Source of the DNA: Octopus vulgaris
Taxonomy: Eukaryota
Length of the DNA stretch: 64,000 bases
Assembly: GCA_951406725.2 (NCBI GenBank)
Contig: OX597843.1
Location: forward strand, 8,494,001 to 8,558,000
Reading direction: 5' to 3'
Part shown: positions 1 to 16,834 of the stretch, in pieces
How the letters are laid out: every line of letters begins with the position of its first letter
Position numbering within the stretch: position 1 is the stretch's first letter
Notes under the pieces: model-generated
Told to the model about the DNA's origin: nothing
Seen by the model: the letters and a program-made list of their open reading frames with translations, nothing else
The model's database searches: none
Position numbers and translations under genes: made by a program

Positions 1-284
1 CGTGCGTGCACGTCTATATGCCCGTACGCACACACAAACAAAACGATTCACAAGCCGCACGCATCCAGTCTCCCTCAGCAGAGAAATCTGATTGGACGAA
101 CAACAACTTGCGTGTGTGCTGCCGAGTCACTCGCAATTAGCCGCCGCAACGGGCAAGTCAGAAAGCCGTACAGCTCTGCACACACACACACGCATTTACA
201 GAAGGAGTGCTCATTGTTTCCACACTGCACGGCTTATAAGGGGTCTAACGCCATGAACGTCCCTCAAGCCTTCTGTCCCGTCTA

Positions 285-342
<58 letters not shown>

Positions 343-437
343 TATCTGAAATGATATGGTGCTTGATCTAACCATATTTGTTTTTTTTTATTTGTCTATT
401 TAGGTACCTAATTGAGGTGTAAGTATATATATGTATG

Positions 438-491
<54 letters not shown>

Positions 492-538
492 TATAGTAGA
501 AATATGTTACAAAAAGAAAATATAAAATACACGTGGAA

Positions 539-574
<36 letters not shown>

Positions 575-627
575 TGTATTTTGTACGCCACTTATCTTCG
601 ACTTTTGTTTTTTTCGTAAACTCTCCC

Positions 628-685
<58 letters not shown>

Positions 686-743
686 CATATATATATATAT
701 ATATACATATATGTATATACATATATACATATATATTTATATA

Positions 744-776
<33 letters not shown>

Positions 777-938
777 ATATACACAGGGAATTCTATATAT
801 CAAGTGTAGAGAAAATATACTGGCGGCTAAGGACAATTATACAAGGGTTTAAGTTGTTGAAATTTGCTCACCGATCTGTTTATCAAAGAATATGCGCTTT
901 TATCCTCCTCCCCAGCCATCGGTTTGTATAACTATTTA

Positions 939-1054
<116 letters not shown>

Positions 1055-1471
1055 TACATAGAAATATACGTACATTCAAGCATACATCCAACGCCAAATA
1101 CATCTATATATACTCAAGTATATGCACAAACAGGAAGAAAATGCATACCAACACTCAACCGCGCATTCCTTAATTTGTTAGTCTCTCTCCCTGTCGCTCG
1201 TTAACGCCCGTATTTCATGATTCGAGCATTTAAAAACGCTAATCCGTCTTAATAATTTAATACCAGCACTTGAATTAAAATTAATTTTGACATGGAACCG
1301 TGGAATTTATCATCATGAACGTTCACATATTTTACACGGAAACATAAAACGTATACATATATGTATGCATGTGTGTGTGTTTGTGTTTGTGTGTGCGTGT
1401 GCTGTGTGTGCGTTACTGTGTGCATATGCGTGTGTGTGTATATACACACACACACATACACACACACACAC

Positions 1472-1502
<31 letters not shown>

Positions 1503-1810
1503 ATATATTATATATATATGTTATATATATACACATATATATATATATATAAGGCGTTATAGGTTTTTTTATTATGATAATATATTATTATTATTATAAT
1601 TATTATTATTATTATTATTATTATATTATTACTATCATTATTATCATAATTAGTTGGTCTTTTCTTATTTGGATTCCATTTGTTTGTATATTGTGTGTGT
1701 GTGTGTGTGAGAGAGAGATGGATAGAGAGAATGGATGACAAAGAACTAATGTATTATCCTATGCACTCCCCCAGCTTACAGATGTTTCGACTGCTTTAAG
1801 TGGTGTAACT

Positions 1811-1855
<45 letters not shown>

Positions 1856-2148
1856 TAGACACAAACGTATACACACACACATTCACACACACACACACAC
1901 ACACACACTCTACGCATGCACAGAAATATGAATTTCTGTGTGAAAATTGTCAAAGTGCTCGATAAATTTTTATGAATAATATCGAATAAGCGTACATCTT
2001 AAAATATCATACACTCGTTAATATATCAAGAATGTGTGTGAGTGTGCTAAAAGCATTGTTTCGGACGTATTGAGTCCTACATAACATAGTCTGTACACAA
2101 TTGATAAATATATGCTTTAATACACTTTACAAGACTTACCTTAAAATA

Positions 2149-2217
<69 letters not shown>

Positions 2218-2258
2218 GTAAAAAAAAGTTAATAGTTATACCTGCTTTTTTATTTACA

Positions 2259-2292
<34 letters not shown>

Positions 2293-2684
2293 AATAAAAC
2301 ATGAATATATACATACATATATGTACGTACCTACCTCTACATGTATATATACATGTATATATGGGTACAGGACACCAGAGAAACGTCGAACACAATGAGA
2401 AACGAAAACATAAACACAAAACCAAGGAAATGGACATTTCTTTTAAACAACGAAAAAATTATATATATATATATACACACTTAGATATACATACATACAC
2501 ACCGTATATGTATGTATATGAACCAACACATGTACGCACGTATTGCGCATACTTAAGCAGAAGAAGAAGAAGGAGAAATAGAAGAAGAAGAAGAAGAAGA
2601 AGAAGAAGAAGAAGAAGAAGATTCATAATAATAATTACTGGTATTAATCACAGAGGTCTAGATGAAGAACATTATATATATATA

Positions 2685-2925
<241 letters not shown>

Positions 2926-3168
2926 ACACACGCAAACACACATGAGTGCGTGCACATATATATGCATATATTCAAAACGTATATATGCGTGTCCTTATAT
3001 TTACAAAATATCGCAAAGAATATGCGGCGCTTACATAAGTAAAGAGCGGCATGTATGGAAAACGATACGAGCCGAACACACAGGCACAGCGATTCGTGCG
3101 GCTCCGTAAATAAGCATTTTATAAATACATACATACCTACATATACGCATTTGAACATACATGCATAC

Positions 3169-3201
<33 letters not shown>

Positions 3202-3276
3202 CGTGTGTAAGCTAAATATACTCTGCTGCAATTACCGCCTTATTTCAAAACATTTGGGTGCATGTGCTTAAACACG

Positions 3277-3389
<113 letters not shown>

Positions 3390-3510
3390 CATATATACAT
3401 TTGTGTCCCTATCTGTGCTTCATAATCCCTCTTTCTCATTCTATACCTATGTAGGTATATTAATATATACGTTCGTATATATATATATCCGTGCTGCATA
3501 TATATATATA

Positions 3511-3609
<99 letters not shown>

Positions 3610-3875
3610 TTATATATATATATATAAGTACGTGTGTGTGTGTGTATGTTGGTGTGCGTGTGATTAAAAAATATTTCTGATACAGTCACAATTTTTCAAG
3701 GAAATTACTTAACAAAATTTTTTGATAATAAAAATAATCTTAAAGAAATCTTTAAAAAAAAAGAAATTAATTCGTTTTTTGAAAAAAAAAAGTGTTTTTT
3801 TATTGTTAAATTGTATTTTTTAAATTCTTATTGAGAAGAGTATATTTAGTGTATGTACGGATGTATGTATGTATG

Positions 3876-3918
<43 letters not shown>

Positions 3919-4135
3919 GCATGCATACCTATGTACATAAATAGATAAGAAAATATATATATATATAGATTCATACACACAGACATGCTTACACACACAC
4001 ACACACACACACACATCTATATATATATATGTATACATACACACACACACATACATGTATATGTGTGTATATGTATGTGTCTATACATGACCAAGTATTT
4101 AATCGACGTAGATCTTGTTTTTATCATAATTGTAA

Positions 4136-4331
<196 letters not shown>

Positions 4332-4764
4332 TTCGATGGAGATTAGTTAATAATAATGAAATATTTTACAGGTCAGAATTCGCGATCAAAATCTTCTTCG
4401 AATCTGATTGGCTGTATTATGTCTTCGGACAAATCGTATCCCAAGTCTATATCATCCAATCACATCTGTTCCGTTTTAATGACAGAAATGTGCTGTGTGA
4501 TTTGAGCGTGCTTTGCCTTCTATCTCAACCATTTCTAGCTACCATGTGGAGGTCCCCTTTATTGGCTCATCCGTACTTATACACACACTTAAGACCGACG
4601 GCTGTAATTTTAGGTAGATTTGACATTTATTTAAAATAATTCTAGCAACGTATCTCCCCTATGTTGGCTGATATATATATATATATATATGTTCCTCTCC
4701 ACCACTACAAACTCAATACCACTATAAAATGGTCAAAACTTTTCACACAGGAACTTAGTTTGAT

Positions 4765-4897
4765 TTCAAAAACCCCACTAGAATGGGAGAAAGCGCCAAT
4801 ACATGATCTAAGTTATATGATGTATAAAAAATGTAATATACAAATAAATATCTGTAAATATAAACCATCCGATTTTCTGAGTACCTCATTTCTTCTA

Positions 4898-4900
<3 letters not shown>
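4765..4900 (+). repeat. Dispersed repeat (probable Penelope-type terminal fragment)
   Basis: Near-identical to 55570-55708 (taagttatatgatg...aaccatccga...tttcttctaata); related piece at 47588-47652. Confidence 0.7.
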
Positions 4901-4954
<54 letters not shown>

Positions 4955-4977
4955 TACATACATACATACATACATAT

Positions 4978-5059
<82 letters not shown>

Positions 5060-5210
5060 CAGCAAAATTTAGATTCAGATGAATATGGTACTTAAGTTAA
5101 AGGCACCAGAATTTTGTATGTTGTTATCCATATAAATCCAAATGGGGTGATTATAATAAAATGAAGTAGCATGAATCAATTGTACCACTCTACCTTGGAT
5201 ATCTTTGTTG

Positions 5211-5246
<36 letters not shown>

Positions 5247-5338
5247 ATGTGATTTGAGGACGTGTTGTCTGTTATTGTTCCTTTTCAAGGTCTCCATTTG
5301 TGGTTTTTATATGCATAAATATATACATATTGCTTGAG

Positions 5339-5339
<1 letters not shown>

Positions 5340-5424
<85 letters not shown>

Positions 5425-5456
5425 TAATAATAATAATAATAATAATAATGATGATG

Positions 5457-5540
<84 letters not shown>
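5340..5540. repeat. (AAT)n microsatellite
   Basis: Trimer run. Confidence 0.95.
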
Positions 5541-5541
<1 letters not shown>

Positions 5542-5979
5542 TGGCCACAAGGGCTAACAAAAATCAGATTAAAACATAAAGGGACAAAACACAGGACGAA
5601 AGTTACAAAGGGTTTTCTCCATTTGAAAAAGGTCCGTGTACAAAAACAGAATGACAACGAAATATAAGTAACAATTAAAACTCCCAATAGGGGGAGGCGC
5701 TTCGAAAGGGTTACTCATGGAAAAAACCCATAAAAGCCACGGGAGCCTGGTCAAAAGCGGGGTAGAGAGCCCCTTTCTCCTTTATATTTCCTTTTAATTT
5801 TCACAGGTGTATCCTCAGAATTGGTCCCTTCATACTGGCCATTCTTGCGACATTCACCCACCTTTGAATAAACTTGCTACCAGACATCATTTCCCTCTCT
5901 ACTCTTATCTTCCTTTTCAAGTGAAACTTGAAAAAGTTGATGAGGCCTTGGCCAAAGAGGAAAGTGTCTGCAGCCTCAC

Positions 5980-6125
5980 TGCGTGGCACGTTGAGCAAGT
6001 GTCTTCTGATATAGTCTCAGGCCGACCAAAGCCTTCTGAGTGGATTTGGTAGATGGAAATTGAAAGAGGCGGTACTCCAGCATGACCGCAGTCAAATGAC
6101 TGAAACAGGTAAAATAGTAAAAGAA
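5980..6125 (+). mobile_element. Internally deleted SINE family A fragment
   Basis: Head part (gcgtggcac..gcaagtgtcttc) joined directly to tail ggcggtactccagcatgaccgcagtcaaatgactgaaac. Confidence 0.8.
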
Positions 6126-6127
6126 TA

Positions 6128-6160
<33 letters not shown>

Positions 6161-6394
6161 TGTGTGTGTTAAGATCCACAGATCGTGGTGTAGGAAGAAA
6201 GTTAGCTTTAAGCCATCCGTAGTAAATGTAAAAAAAAACAACTTTCGTTTGGATATTACCACTTATAAAGGTTCCGCTCGCTATGAACCTTATGTAGCCG
6301 AGATCTTATCTACTCCATTCTTTAACTCTTGTAGATATACATGTGTGTGCGTGTGTGTGAGTGTATGTGTGTGTGTGTGTGTTCGTGTTTTTTC

Positions 6395-6590
6395 TTCACC
6401 ACCGCTTGACAACCGGTATTAGTGTGTTTATGTTCCCGTAACTTAGCTGTGCGGCCAAAAGTATCCGATAGAATAAGTACCACGCTTAATCATAAAAGTG
6501 CTGGGAGTCGATTCATTCGATTAGAAATTCTTCAAAGCGGTGCCACAGCATGGCCGCAGTCAAATGACTGAAACAGGTAAAAGGTAAAAA
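6395..6590 (+). mobile_element. SINE family A 3' half, diverged
   Basis: cgcttgacaaccgg...gatagaataagtac...cagcatggccgcagtcaaatgactgaaac. Confidence 0.8.
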
Positions 6591-6814
6591 AAAAAACATA
6601 AGTAACAATTAATGTAATTTGATTAAGAATCCCTTCAAAGCGCAAAAAATAAATGGAGGTAATTTTATTTTCGATGGTTTCAAAATATGTGGAAAAAAAG
6701 GTGTCTTTTGCCATTTTCAGAAACTCCGAAAAACGTGACAGGAAGTGATGAAGTCTTACTTGAAAACCGATGACAAGTTGTGAATGCTTGTAACAGTCTG
6801 GACTCTGCTGGAGG

Positions 6815-7334
6815 CACCCTCGGGGCCAGGAGGTGATTGTAGTCACCGATTGAAAAAGCTGCATATCTAAATAATCCGGAAAAAACCCTCTGATGAGTTT
6901 TGTTTTGTCATACATCCGTCATCGATTGCTTTTTCAATCTTAGATTATCTTTCTACGTTTCGTAATCTCCTTATGTACAACAGGGTACAATTTGGAAGAA
7001 ATAACTCGGTATAATAACAGTCACGACTCAGCTGGAGCTACCCTCAGGGCCAGGAGGTGATTGTAGCCAAAGATTAAAATAGCTGCATATCTAAATAGTC
7101 CGGAAAAAATGTATTCTCTTTTTACTCTTTTACTCTTTTACTTGTTTCAGTCATTTGACTGCGGCCATGCTGGAGCACTGCCTTTAGTCGAGCAAATCGA
7201 CCCCGGGACTTATTCTTTAGTAAGCCCAGTACTTATTCTATCGGTCTCTTTTGCCCAACCGCTAAGTTACGGGGACGTAAACACACCAGCATCGGTTGTC
7301 AAGCGATGTTGAGAGGACAAACGCAGACACACAA

Positions 7335-7371
<37 letters not shown>

Positions 7372-7670
7372 CGACAGGCTTCTTTCAGTTTCCGTCTACT
7401 AAATCCACTCACAAGGCTTTGGTCGGCCCGATGCTATAGTAGAAGACACTTGCCCAAGGTGCCACGCAGTGGGACTGAACCCGGGACCATGTGGTTCGTA
7501 AGCAAGCTACTTACCACACAGCCACTCCTACGCCTGAATTAGTTTTTGTCATACATCAGTCATCGATGGGTTTTTTGTATCTATCGACAGTATGGCCACA
7601 CACATTATCACCCAACATTTCGTGATCCTTTTCTGTTCAACAAGGTATCATTAGGTAGAAATAACCTGTT
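6815..7670. repeat. Old ~225-bp tandem duplication, second unit split by a SINE
   Basis: ccctc.gggccaggaggtgattgtag...gctgcatatctaaata.tccggaaaaaa at ~6817 and ~7041; continuation ttttgtcatacatc.gtcatcgat at ~6903 and ~7544. Confidence 0.8.
7116..7534 (-). mobile_element. tRNA-derived SINE family A, full length
   Basis: Minus strand head ggcgtaggagtggctgtgtggtaag (A box), gggttcagtccc (B box), ccttgggcaagt CORE-like motif, internal (TA)(TG) microsatellite, (gtaaaaga)n tail. Confidence 0.93.
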
Positions 7671-8123
7671 ATGAATTCGCCATGGACGTTGGTAAAATGA
7701 GAAAACAAAAACAGAAAAAAAAAACACTTAACGTTTCTCTGTAATGTTTAACGTGGTTAATTTTCCCTGACGAAATCCGGTTAGATAGAAACGCTCTGCG
7801 AACCATGGACGACTATACACACCAAAAATTTTTAAAAAAAGTTTCATGTATCTGTGTATGTATGTGCGTAAGGAAAATGCTTCAAACTTTAAAACATATC
7901 TACTAAAAATATCTACAATAAAGAAAGGAGACATGATAGAAGATATAAAGAAGATTTTTCTTTGAGATAATTTTTAATTTTCGTAGAAATAATTCTTTTC
8001 AAATAAGTTAGCCGTATAAAGAACATTTTCGTTTATATAATACATTTAATTGCTTACAATAGAGAAAAACCTCATTTCCAGACCTGATACAAAGGGTTTT
8101 CCCTGGAACTTCAACAAAGGAGC

Positions 8124-8211
<88 letters not shown>

Positions 8212-8782
8212 ACACACATCTTTTTCTTTATTTGATTCAGTCACCAGTCTGCGGCTATGGTGGGGAACTGTCTTGAAGAATATAAAATAGTGCGACGTAT
8301 TCACGATATGATGTGTGTGTGTGTATATGTATATATATATATATAATATGATATGATATAATAAATGTATATATGATATATAAATATATAGATATATTCT
8401 TTTACTTGTTTCAGTTATTTAACTGCAGTCATGCTGGAGCACCGCCTTAACGAATGGAGTACCAAGGAATTTGAATCAAACTGTTTTATCCATATGTATA
8501 AGAAACGGCCGTAAGATTTGTTATGTCATACTTCGTAATATAAAAATAAGCTATAAATGTGGTCCAATCGATGTGTGAGTTAATCTGTGGCTTTCACCAT
8601 TTTCTAATTATTAGCATTGGTTCCTGATAGACTCTTGTTTATCCTATCATTATCTGTATGGTGGGCCTGCACACCATCGCCCGAGGATATTACAGGTAAC
8701 GGATACTGATAGTATATACGGATATTATTCCCTTAGTCAGTTACTATAACCGCTAACTTTGTTTACACACAAACACACACAC

Positions 8783-8839
<57 letters not shown>

Positions 8840-9021
8840 TATAGAGGGAAACCACTATGTGGACACCCTTATGCTAGAAAGTGTTTTCCCTCTAATATGT
8901 ATATAATACAATTTTACTGAGCCTTCAATTTTTTTTATATGCTAGGCCACTGGTGTGAAATCGATGTTAATTAAATTAATATCTAATTTCTCACCCTCAT
9001 TTTAAATTTATATCTATATAT

Positions 9022-9070
<49 letters not shown>

Positions 9071-9284
9071 CATTTACGTATGTAGATATTGCTTATATAT
9101 AAGTACAAAACAAATACGTGGTGTGTGTGTGTTGTCCTCCACCCCGATTGACAACCGGTATTGGCTTGTTCAGGTTTCCCTAACTGAGGTATATCTATAT
9201 ATTTATGTATATTAGAGAATTAAGTATTAAGGATGTGGTTCCCAACCATTTCTTAAATAGGGAACAATTTCATTCCTATTTTAC

Positions 9285-9291
<7 letters not shown>

Positions 9292-9320
<29 letters not shown>

Positions 9321-9422
9321 TGTATGTATGTATGTATGTATGTATGTATGTATGTATGTATGTATGTATGTATGTATGTATGTATGTATGTATGTATTTA
9401 TGTATGTATGTATATATGTATG

Positions 9423-9456
<34 letters not shown>

Positions 9457-9675
9457 TGTATGTATGTATGTATGTATGTATGTATGTATGTATATATGTA
9501 TGTATGTATGTATATATGTATGCATGCATGTATGTATGTATGTATGTATGTATGTATGTATGTATGTATGTATGCATGTATGTATGTATGTATGTATGTA
9601 TGTATGTATGTATGTATGTATGTATGTATGTATGTATGTATGTTTGTATGTATGTATGTATGTATGTATGTATGT
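9292..9675. repeat. (ATGT)n microsatellite
   Basis: Long tetramer run. Confidence 0.95.
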
Positions 9676-9878
9676 CTCTGTATATGTATGAATGGACGAA
9701 TATTTACTATAGCAACGGGAGTCTTGTAAACATTCAATTAAAATTATTTCAAAAATACTCAATGCAAACAAGTTTTTAGAGGGGTTCCGCACGTGACCAA
9801 CTCAACGAGTTTCATCTTTAAATATAAACGTGTGTGTGTATAAATATATATACAAACATATACGTACATACATATATA

Positions 9879-9929
<51 letters not shown>

Positions 9930-10006
9930 TGTATATTTATATATATATATGAAGACAGTCATACAGTTGCGTACACACGCACACACACATGTGCACACAC
10001 AAAACG

Positions 10007-10043
<37 letters not shown>

Positions 10044-10089
10044 TTTATATATATATATATGTACATATGTATATGTTTGTATAAACGTG

Positions 10090-10156
<67 letters not shown>

Positions 10157-10545
10157 GTATGTATATATGCAAACTATTGCATGACTATTAATTCTTGAAC
10201 AATATTCAAAGAGAAGAGAATTTTTATCTCTTGGAGATAAATGCGAAAGACAAAAACAAGAAACACACGTTCGCAGACACACAATACGCATAACATACGC
10301 CATATGTGTGTGTACGAGCGTTCGTGTGTGTGTGTGTGTGTGTATTTTAAGGTGTGTATGTGTGTGTGTGTGTGAGCCACTGTCTGCGTGTGTGCTGATG
10401 ATGTGCGCATTCAATGTGTGCGTAGCTATGTAGAATTTAAGTATATACGTCTAACGTGGATAATTCTGTGGCTATATATCAAGTATCGTGTTATGTATGA
10501 GTGTATACACCCCTACAAACACACACACAAACACACACACAAATG

Positions 10546-10601
<56 letters not shown>

Positions 10602-10684
10602 TACATATATATACATATATATATAATATCAACCAGTAGGACATATATATATATACATATACACTCACACATATATATATATGT

Positions 10685-10715
<31 letters not shown>

Positions 10716-10844
10716 AACATGTGTATATAGATAAATAGATATACACACGTACATATATAGAGAGGATTCTATTCACAAATACTTACTTACATACCTATAT
10801 ACATACGCATGTGCACACACACATATACACACATAGACACACAT

Positions 10845-10903
<59 letters not shown>

Positions 10904-11398
10904 ACGGCCTCTGAACGTTTTTACCTATAAGTATAAATATATTATATGTATATATATATATACATATCTATATATATATATATGTATATCCAAATATATA
11001 TATACATATATATATATGTGTGTTTGTGAGTGTGCGTGTGTGTGTGTGTGTATCAGGGTCAAGCTGTTAGAGTACATTAAAATCAACTCTACACACATAT
11101 ACGCAAATATATTCATTTCTACACGCGATTCTATCACAATTGCACAGCAGTCTATCCCACTGTTTTCTTTCATTCTGGAACACAATACTACGGTTAATAA
11201 TATCAATTTTAAACATATACACATACACAGACACACCTTTATACATACATACATACATACATATATACATACATACAATAATACATACATACATATACAT
11301 ATATATACAAATATATATACAAATATATATATATATATGTATTTATATGTATATACATATATTCATGTAAGTATATGCATATATATATAAATATATAT

Positions 11399-11455
<57 letters not shown>

Positions 11456-11545
11456 TATAAGAATGTATGTATGTATGTACAATTATACTACTATTTATAT
11501 ATTTTTATATCTATATGTATGTATGATTTGTGTCTGTGTTAGTAC

Positions 11546-11601
<56 letters not shown>

Positions 11602-11756
11602 ATATATATGTATACTTAGATATATACGCATACATACATATATACATACACACACAGACACACACACATATATATTTGTGTATACATATGCGTGTGTATA
11701 TATATATGTATGTATATATATATGTATATATGTATATATATATATATATATGTATG

Positions 11757-11803
<47 letters not shown>

Positions 11804-11830
11804 ACACACACACGTATATATATATATATT

Positions 11831-11861
<31 letters not shown>

Positions 11862-12434
11862 CTATATATTTTGTTTTCATATATATATACGTATACATAT
11901 ATGCATGTACATATGTACCCGCACTTAGAAACGTATGTATATTTGTAGATGCCTATATACGTGCGTGTGTGCGTGTATGTGTGTGCGTGTGTGTATGTGT
12001 GTTGGTGTGTGTGTGTGTGTCTGTGTGTGTGTAGCATATTCTTCCAAAAATGAAAACAAAAATATTAAACATACAACCGAAACACAATACAAATATAACA
12101 ACAAAAATCTTAATAATATTAATACTACTATTAACAACAACAACAAAAACAACAACAATAATAATAATACTAATAATAATAATGATGATGATGATGATAA
12201 CAACAACAACAACACACACACAAAACAGCAACAACCAAACTATCAACGATAATAACAAGATGAAGAAGAAGAAGAATGATTTTGAGACAAACGCTCGTGA
12301 AATTTAATTCGCTTCCAACAAAGAATTTGTCTGCAGATAAAAGAAGATTTTTTGGTATATTCTTCCAGGGAACAAAATGTTAAATTCTATTTTCTGCTTA
12401 TACGTGATTTAATCACGTGTGTATATACATGTAC

Positions 12435-12528
<94 letters not shown>

Positions 12529-12717
12529 CACATATACATATATATATATACCTACATATATACATACATATATACATCTCTCTCTATATATATATATAAA
12601 TAATATATATATATAAGTGCGCAAATATATCCATATCATAATGTTTAAATGTTGTTCCTGTATATATGTGTATATCTATATATGTATATATATATGTATA
12701 TATATATGTATATACAT

Positions 12718-12754
<37 letters not shown>

Positions 12755-12832
12755 GATAGATAGATAGATTGACAGAAAGATAGATAGATACAGATATAGA
12801 TATATGTATAGGATTGTGCATATCGATATAAT

Positions 12833-12895
<63 letters not shown>

Positions 12896-13054
12896 ATGTG
12901 TGTATGTATATATATTTGATTTCCTACGCTTTTCTTTTTATTTATGGTATATTTATTTTTTCCTGTCATTAAGTGACATCATATTTTTGTTTTGGTGGTA
13001 TTGTAAAAATTTAAATGTTTGAATGCATATATACATGAATACATACATATATAC

Positions 13055-13128
<74 letters not shown>

Positions 13129-13424
13129 ATATATATATATATATATTTATATCTATATATATACATATATATATTTATATATATTTATATATATACATAC
13201 ACTTATACATATATATGTTTCAATACAAATGTGTTTCTATATAACTATGTAAATATATGTTATAAACTTGTATATGCACACACACATACGTATACACACA
13301 CGCAATTATATATAAGTACATTAATAAATAGGGAATAAAAGAATACAGCGCGTGTATTCTTATTAATACTAGATATATAACTACGATATAAATATATTAA
13401 TATAATCACTGCATATATACATCC

Positions 13425-13487
<63 letters not shown>

Positions 13488-13808
13488 AATAATATATAAA
13501 TATACATGCATGCATACGCACATATATATACATGCTCATAACTATATTTGCATATACATGTATATATGTGTGTATGTATATGTATATATATATATATATA
13601 TACGCGTATTTATGTATATTCAGGTGCAGTATCACGTGGGCATATACTTATTCACAAAATCCTCGGTCAACACCACACAGATACACACACACACATAAAA
13701 TGACGCGCGGCACACACGCACTGACTGGTGTGAGAATTACGTGTGTTTTTGTGTTGCTATATCTACGTATGTACATGTATGTATCTTACATATGCGTATT
13801 ATCTTTTG

Positions 13809-13861
<53 letters not shown>

Positions 13862-13933
13862 ACACTTCTGAATACATATATACATATATATACATATATC
13901 CTCATACATATACAATATAAGTATATGTATATA

Positions 13934-13981
<48 letters not shown>

Positions 13982-14097
13982 AATATGCATACAGACATAT
14001 ATATATGGGTATATATATGTATATATATATTTTTACATTTATATATAAACACATACATATATATCTATATCTAGATATATATAGACATATATTCATA

Positions 14098-14155
<58 letters not shown>

Positions 14156-14235
14156 TATATATATATATACATATCTGTATATATGTATATAATCATCCGT
14201 ATATATATATATATATACTTATAAAACCCATATAC

Positions 14236-14266
<31 letters not shown>

Positions 14267-14603
14267 ACGTGTGTGTGGAATCGTTTATCACCGTGGCATG
14301 ATTTTCGGATCAATGCATGTTCGACGAAGCTATGTTCACGTTGTTATTGTTGTTGGTGTTGTTGCCATATTTATTTGCGTACTCATTAGTCTTGGCATTG
14401 TATTGTTGTATACTCTACGTTGTATGTTTTTTTTTTTGTGTGTGTTGTATTTTTCAACGTCTTACTAGTTATAATGCACGTACCGTGTTTGTGTGCGTGT
14501 GTGTGCATGTGTGTGTATATAAATACTTCTGTATATATGTAGGTATATATATATATATATATATATATACATCTTTATATATACATACATACTTATATGT
14601 ACA

Positions 14604-14654
<51 letters not shown>

Positions 14655-14655
14655 T

Positions 14656-14696
<41 letters not shown>

Positions 14697-14968
14697 GCAT
14701 ATTTCTTCATGTGTGTATAGATAGATACGTTGGGAGCTAGATACGTCGATGTGTATAAATATGAATATACATGTATATATAAAGAATGATTGTGTGTGTG
14801 TGTGTGAGAGAGAGAGGGAGGGGGAGACGTGAGCATGTTTTTATATACCTTTATACACTTATATATATTAAGCATACATTTTATAATCTGTACGGGTGGC
14901 ACTTTATTGCACGCATGTAGTTATTCATATATAATCAAAATATTTAGGTATAACCTTTATAATTCATA

Positions 14969-15007
<39 letters not shown>

Positions 15008-15043
15008 GTCATATGAATCGTAACTGAACATATAAATATATTT

Positions 15044-15093
<50 letters not shown>

Positions 15094-15191
15094 ATTATAC
15101 ACACACAGCTACCCACAAATATGACACACAAGTCCATATTTTATACGCTACTTTGAACATACAATTGTTAATATAATCACATTTGATTGTG

Positions 15192-15236
<45 letters not shown>

Positions 15237-15656
15237 AATATTTATACATACATATATATATGCAAATAGAGCGATACACACATCACAACACGTGCATAAA
15301 CACACTGTATTGTATATACATACATTTATATATACAAGCACATTTTGCCTGATTATTATATATATATATATATATATATGTGTGTATGTGTATGTGTGTG
15401 TGTGTGTGTGAGTATATATATATATATATATGTTTGTATGTATATATATAGAGACATGTATGTGTGCACGTCTGTGTTAGTGTATGTATTTATACGCGCG
15501 TCAACATTTGTGCGCGCTCTCTTCAAGTGCGTGTCTTTAAAATCTGAGAATTTTATATTTTGCAATTTTTCTCTTCGCTCTTTTGTACTTGAAAGCTATC
15601 TCTTAAATTCTTCGTCATAATTTTTTCCTCTCTTTTGTTATCGCTATATCGTCGTC

Positions 15657-15666
15657 GTCTTCTTCC

Positions 15667-15697
<31 letters not shown>

Positions 15698-15903
15698 CTT
15701 CTTCTTCTTCTTCTTCTTCTTCTTCTTCTTCTTCTTCTTCTTCTTCTTCTTCTTCTTCTTCTTCTTCTTCTTCTTCTTCTTCTTCTTCTTCTTCTTCTTC
15801 TTCTTCTTCTTCTTCTTCTTCTTCTTCTTCTTCTTCTTCTTCTTCTTCTTCTTCTTCTTCTTCTTCTTCTTCTTCTTCTTCTTCTTCTTCTTCTTCTTCT
15901 TCT
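15657..15903. repeat. (CTT)n microsatellite
   Basis: Near-perfect trimer run of about 240 bp. Confidence 0.95.
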
Positions 15904-15965
15904 TTTCCTTCTTATTCTTCTTCTTTCTCTCTCTCTGTCACCTTATACACACACATACGCACATA

Positions 15966-16011
<46 letters not shown>

Positions 16012-16085
16012 GATTAGTATCCATGTGTGTGTGTATAAACAGAAGTGTTGTATGTAGATGTGTCTATAATATACACATACCCGTT

Positions 16086-16134
<49 letters not shown>

Positions 16135-16286
16135 TATAAGATTGTATGTTTGTATACACACACACACAGATATATATATATACAAACGAATATATGTATA
16201 TAAATATAAATATTCCAAGCTGAAAGATGCAAACTAAAATATAGAATTATATACATACTGTTGTATATATATATATATACACACAC

Positions 16287-16326
<40 letters not shown>

Positions 16327-16534
16327 TTTAGTGTGCATCTATATATATATATATATATATTTGTATTATGTATGTATATATATAGATGTATGTGTGTGTG
16401 TAGTACATTTCCCAAATACACACAGCAGGTAGTCACTGAAAATTAGTAACACACTGAAACACGCAAAGACTCCAGCTCTCTCTTATTCTTCCAAAGTGCG
16501 TGTATTCGCTTGTTTACCTACACGCACACACTCG

Positions 16535-16594
<60 letters not shown>

Positions 16595-16781
16595 TACGTC
16601 TAATCCCTGCAATTTTTTGTATATGCATGTTATATACATGTATATTTCCACCCATATATTTGTCTGTATGAAAAATCATATATATATATATATACCTGTG
16701 TGTGCGTGTGTGTGTGTTTGTGTATGTGTATGTCTTTGTGTGTGTATGTGTATATCTATATATTTATATATATACATATAT

Positions 16782-16834
<53 letters not shown>

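Noticed and set aside
5075-5120. Degenerate HHR-like strings (also 8078-8110 and 34550)
   Set aside because: Two or more core positions are wrong; cannot be supported.
6532-6915. 127-aa ORF
   Set aside because: Spans a tandem repeat and a SINE tail; the second repeat unit has a stop in the same frame.
7109-7542. Recurring peptides FQSFDCGHAGAPP and VSVYQIHSQG...CHAVGLNPEPCG
   Set aside because: Antisense translations of SINE family A, not a gene family.
12250-12350. Minus-strand acceptor tcttcttttatctgcag as second exon
   Set aside because: Frame runs into low-complexity repeats and no donor was found.
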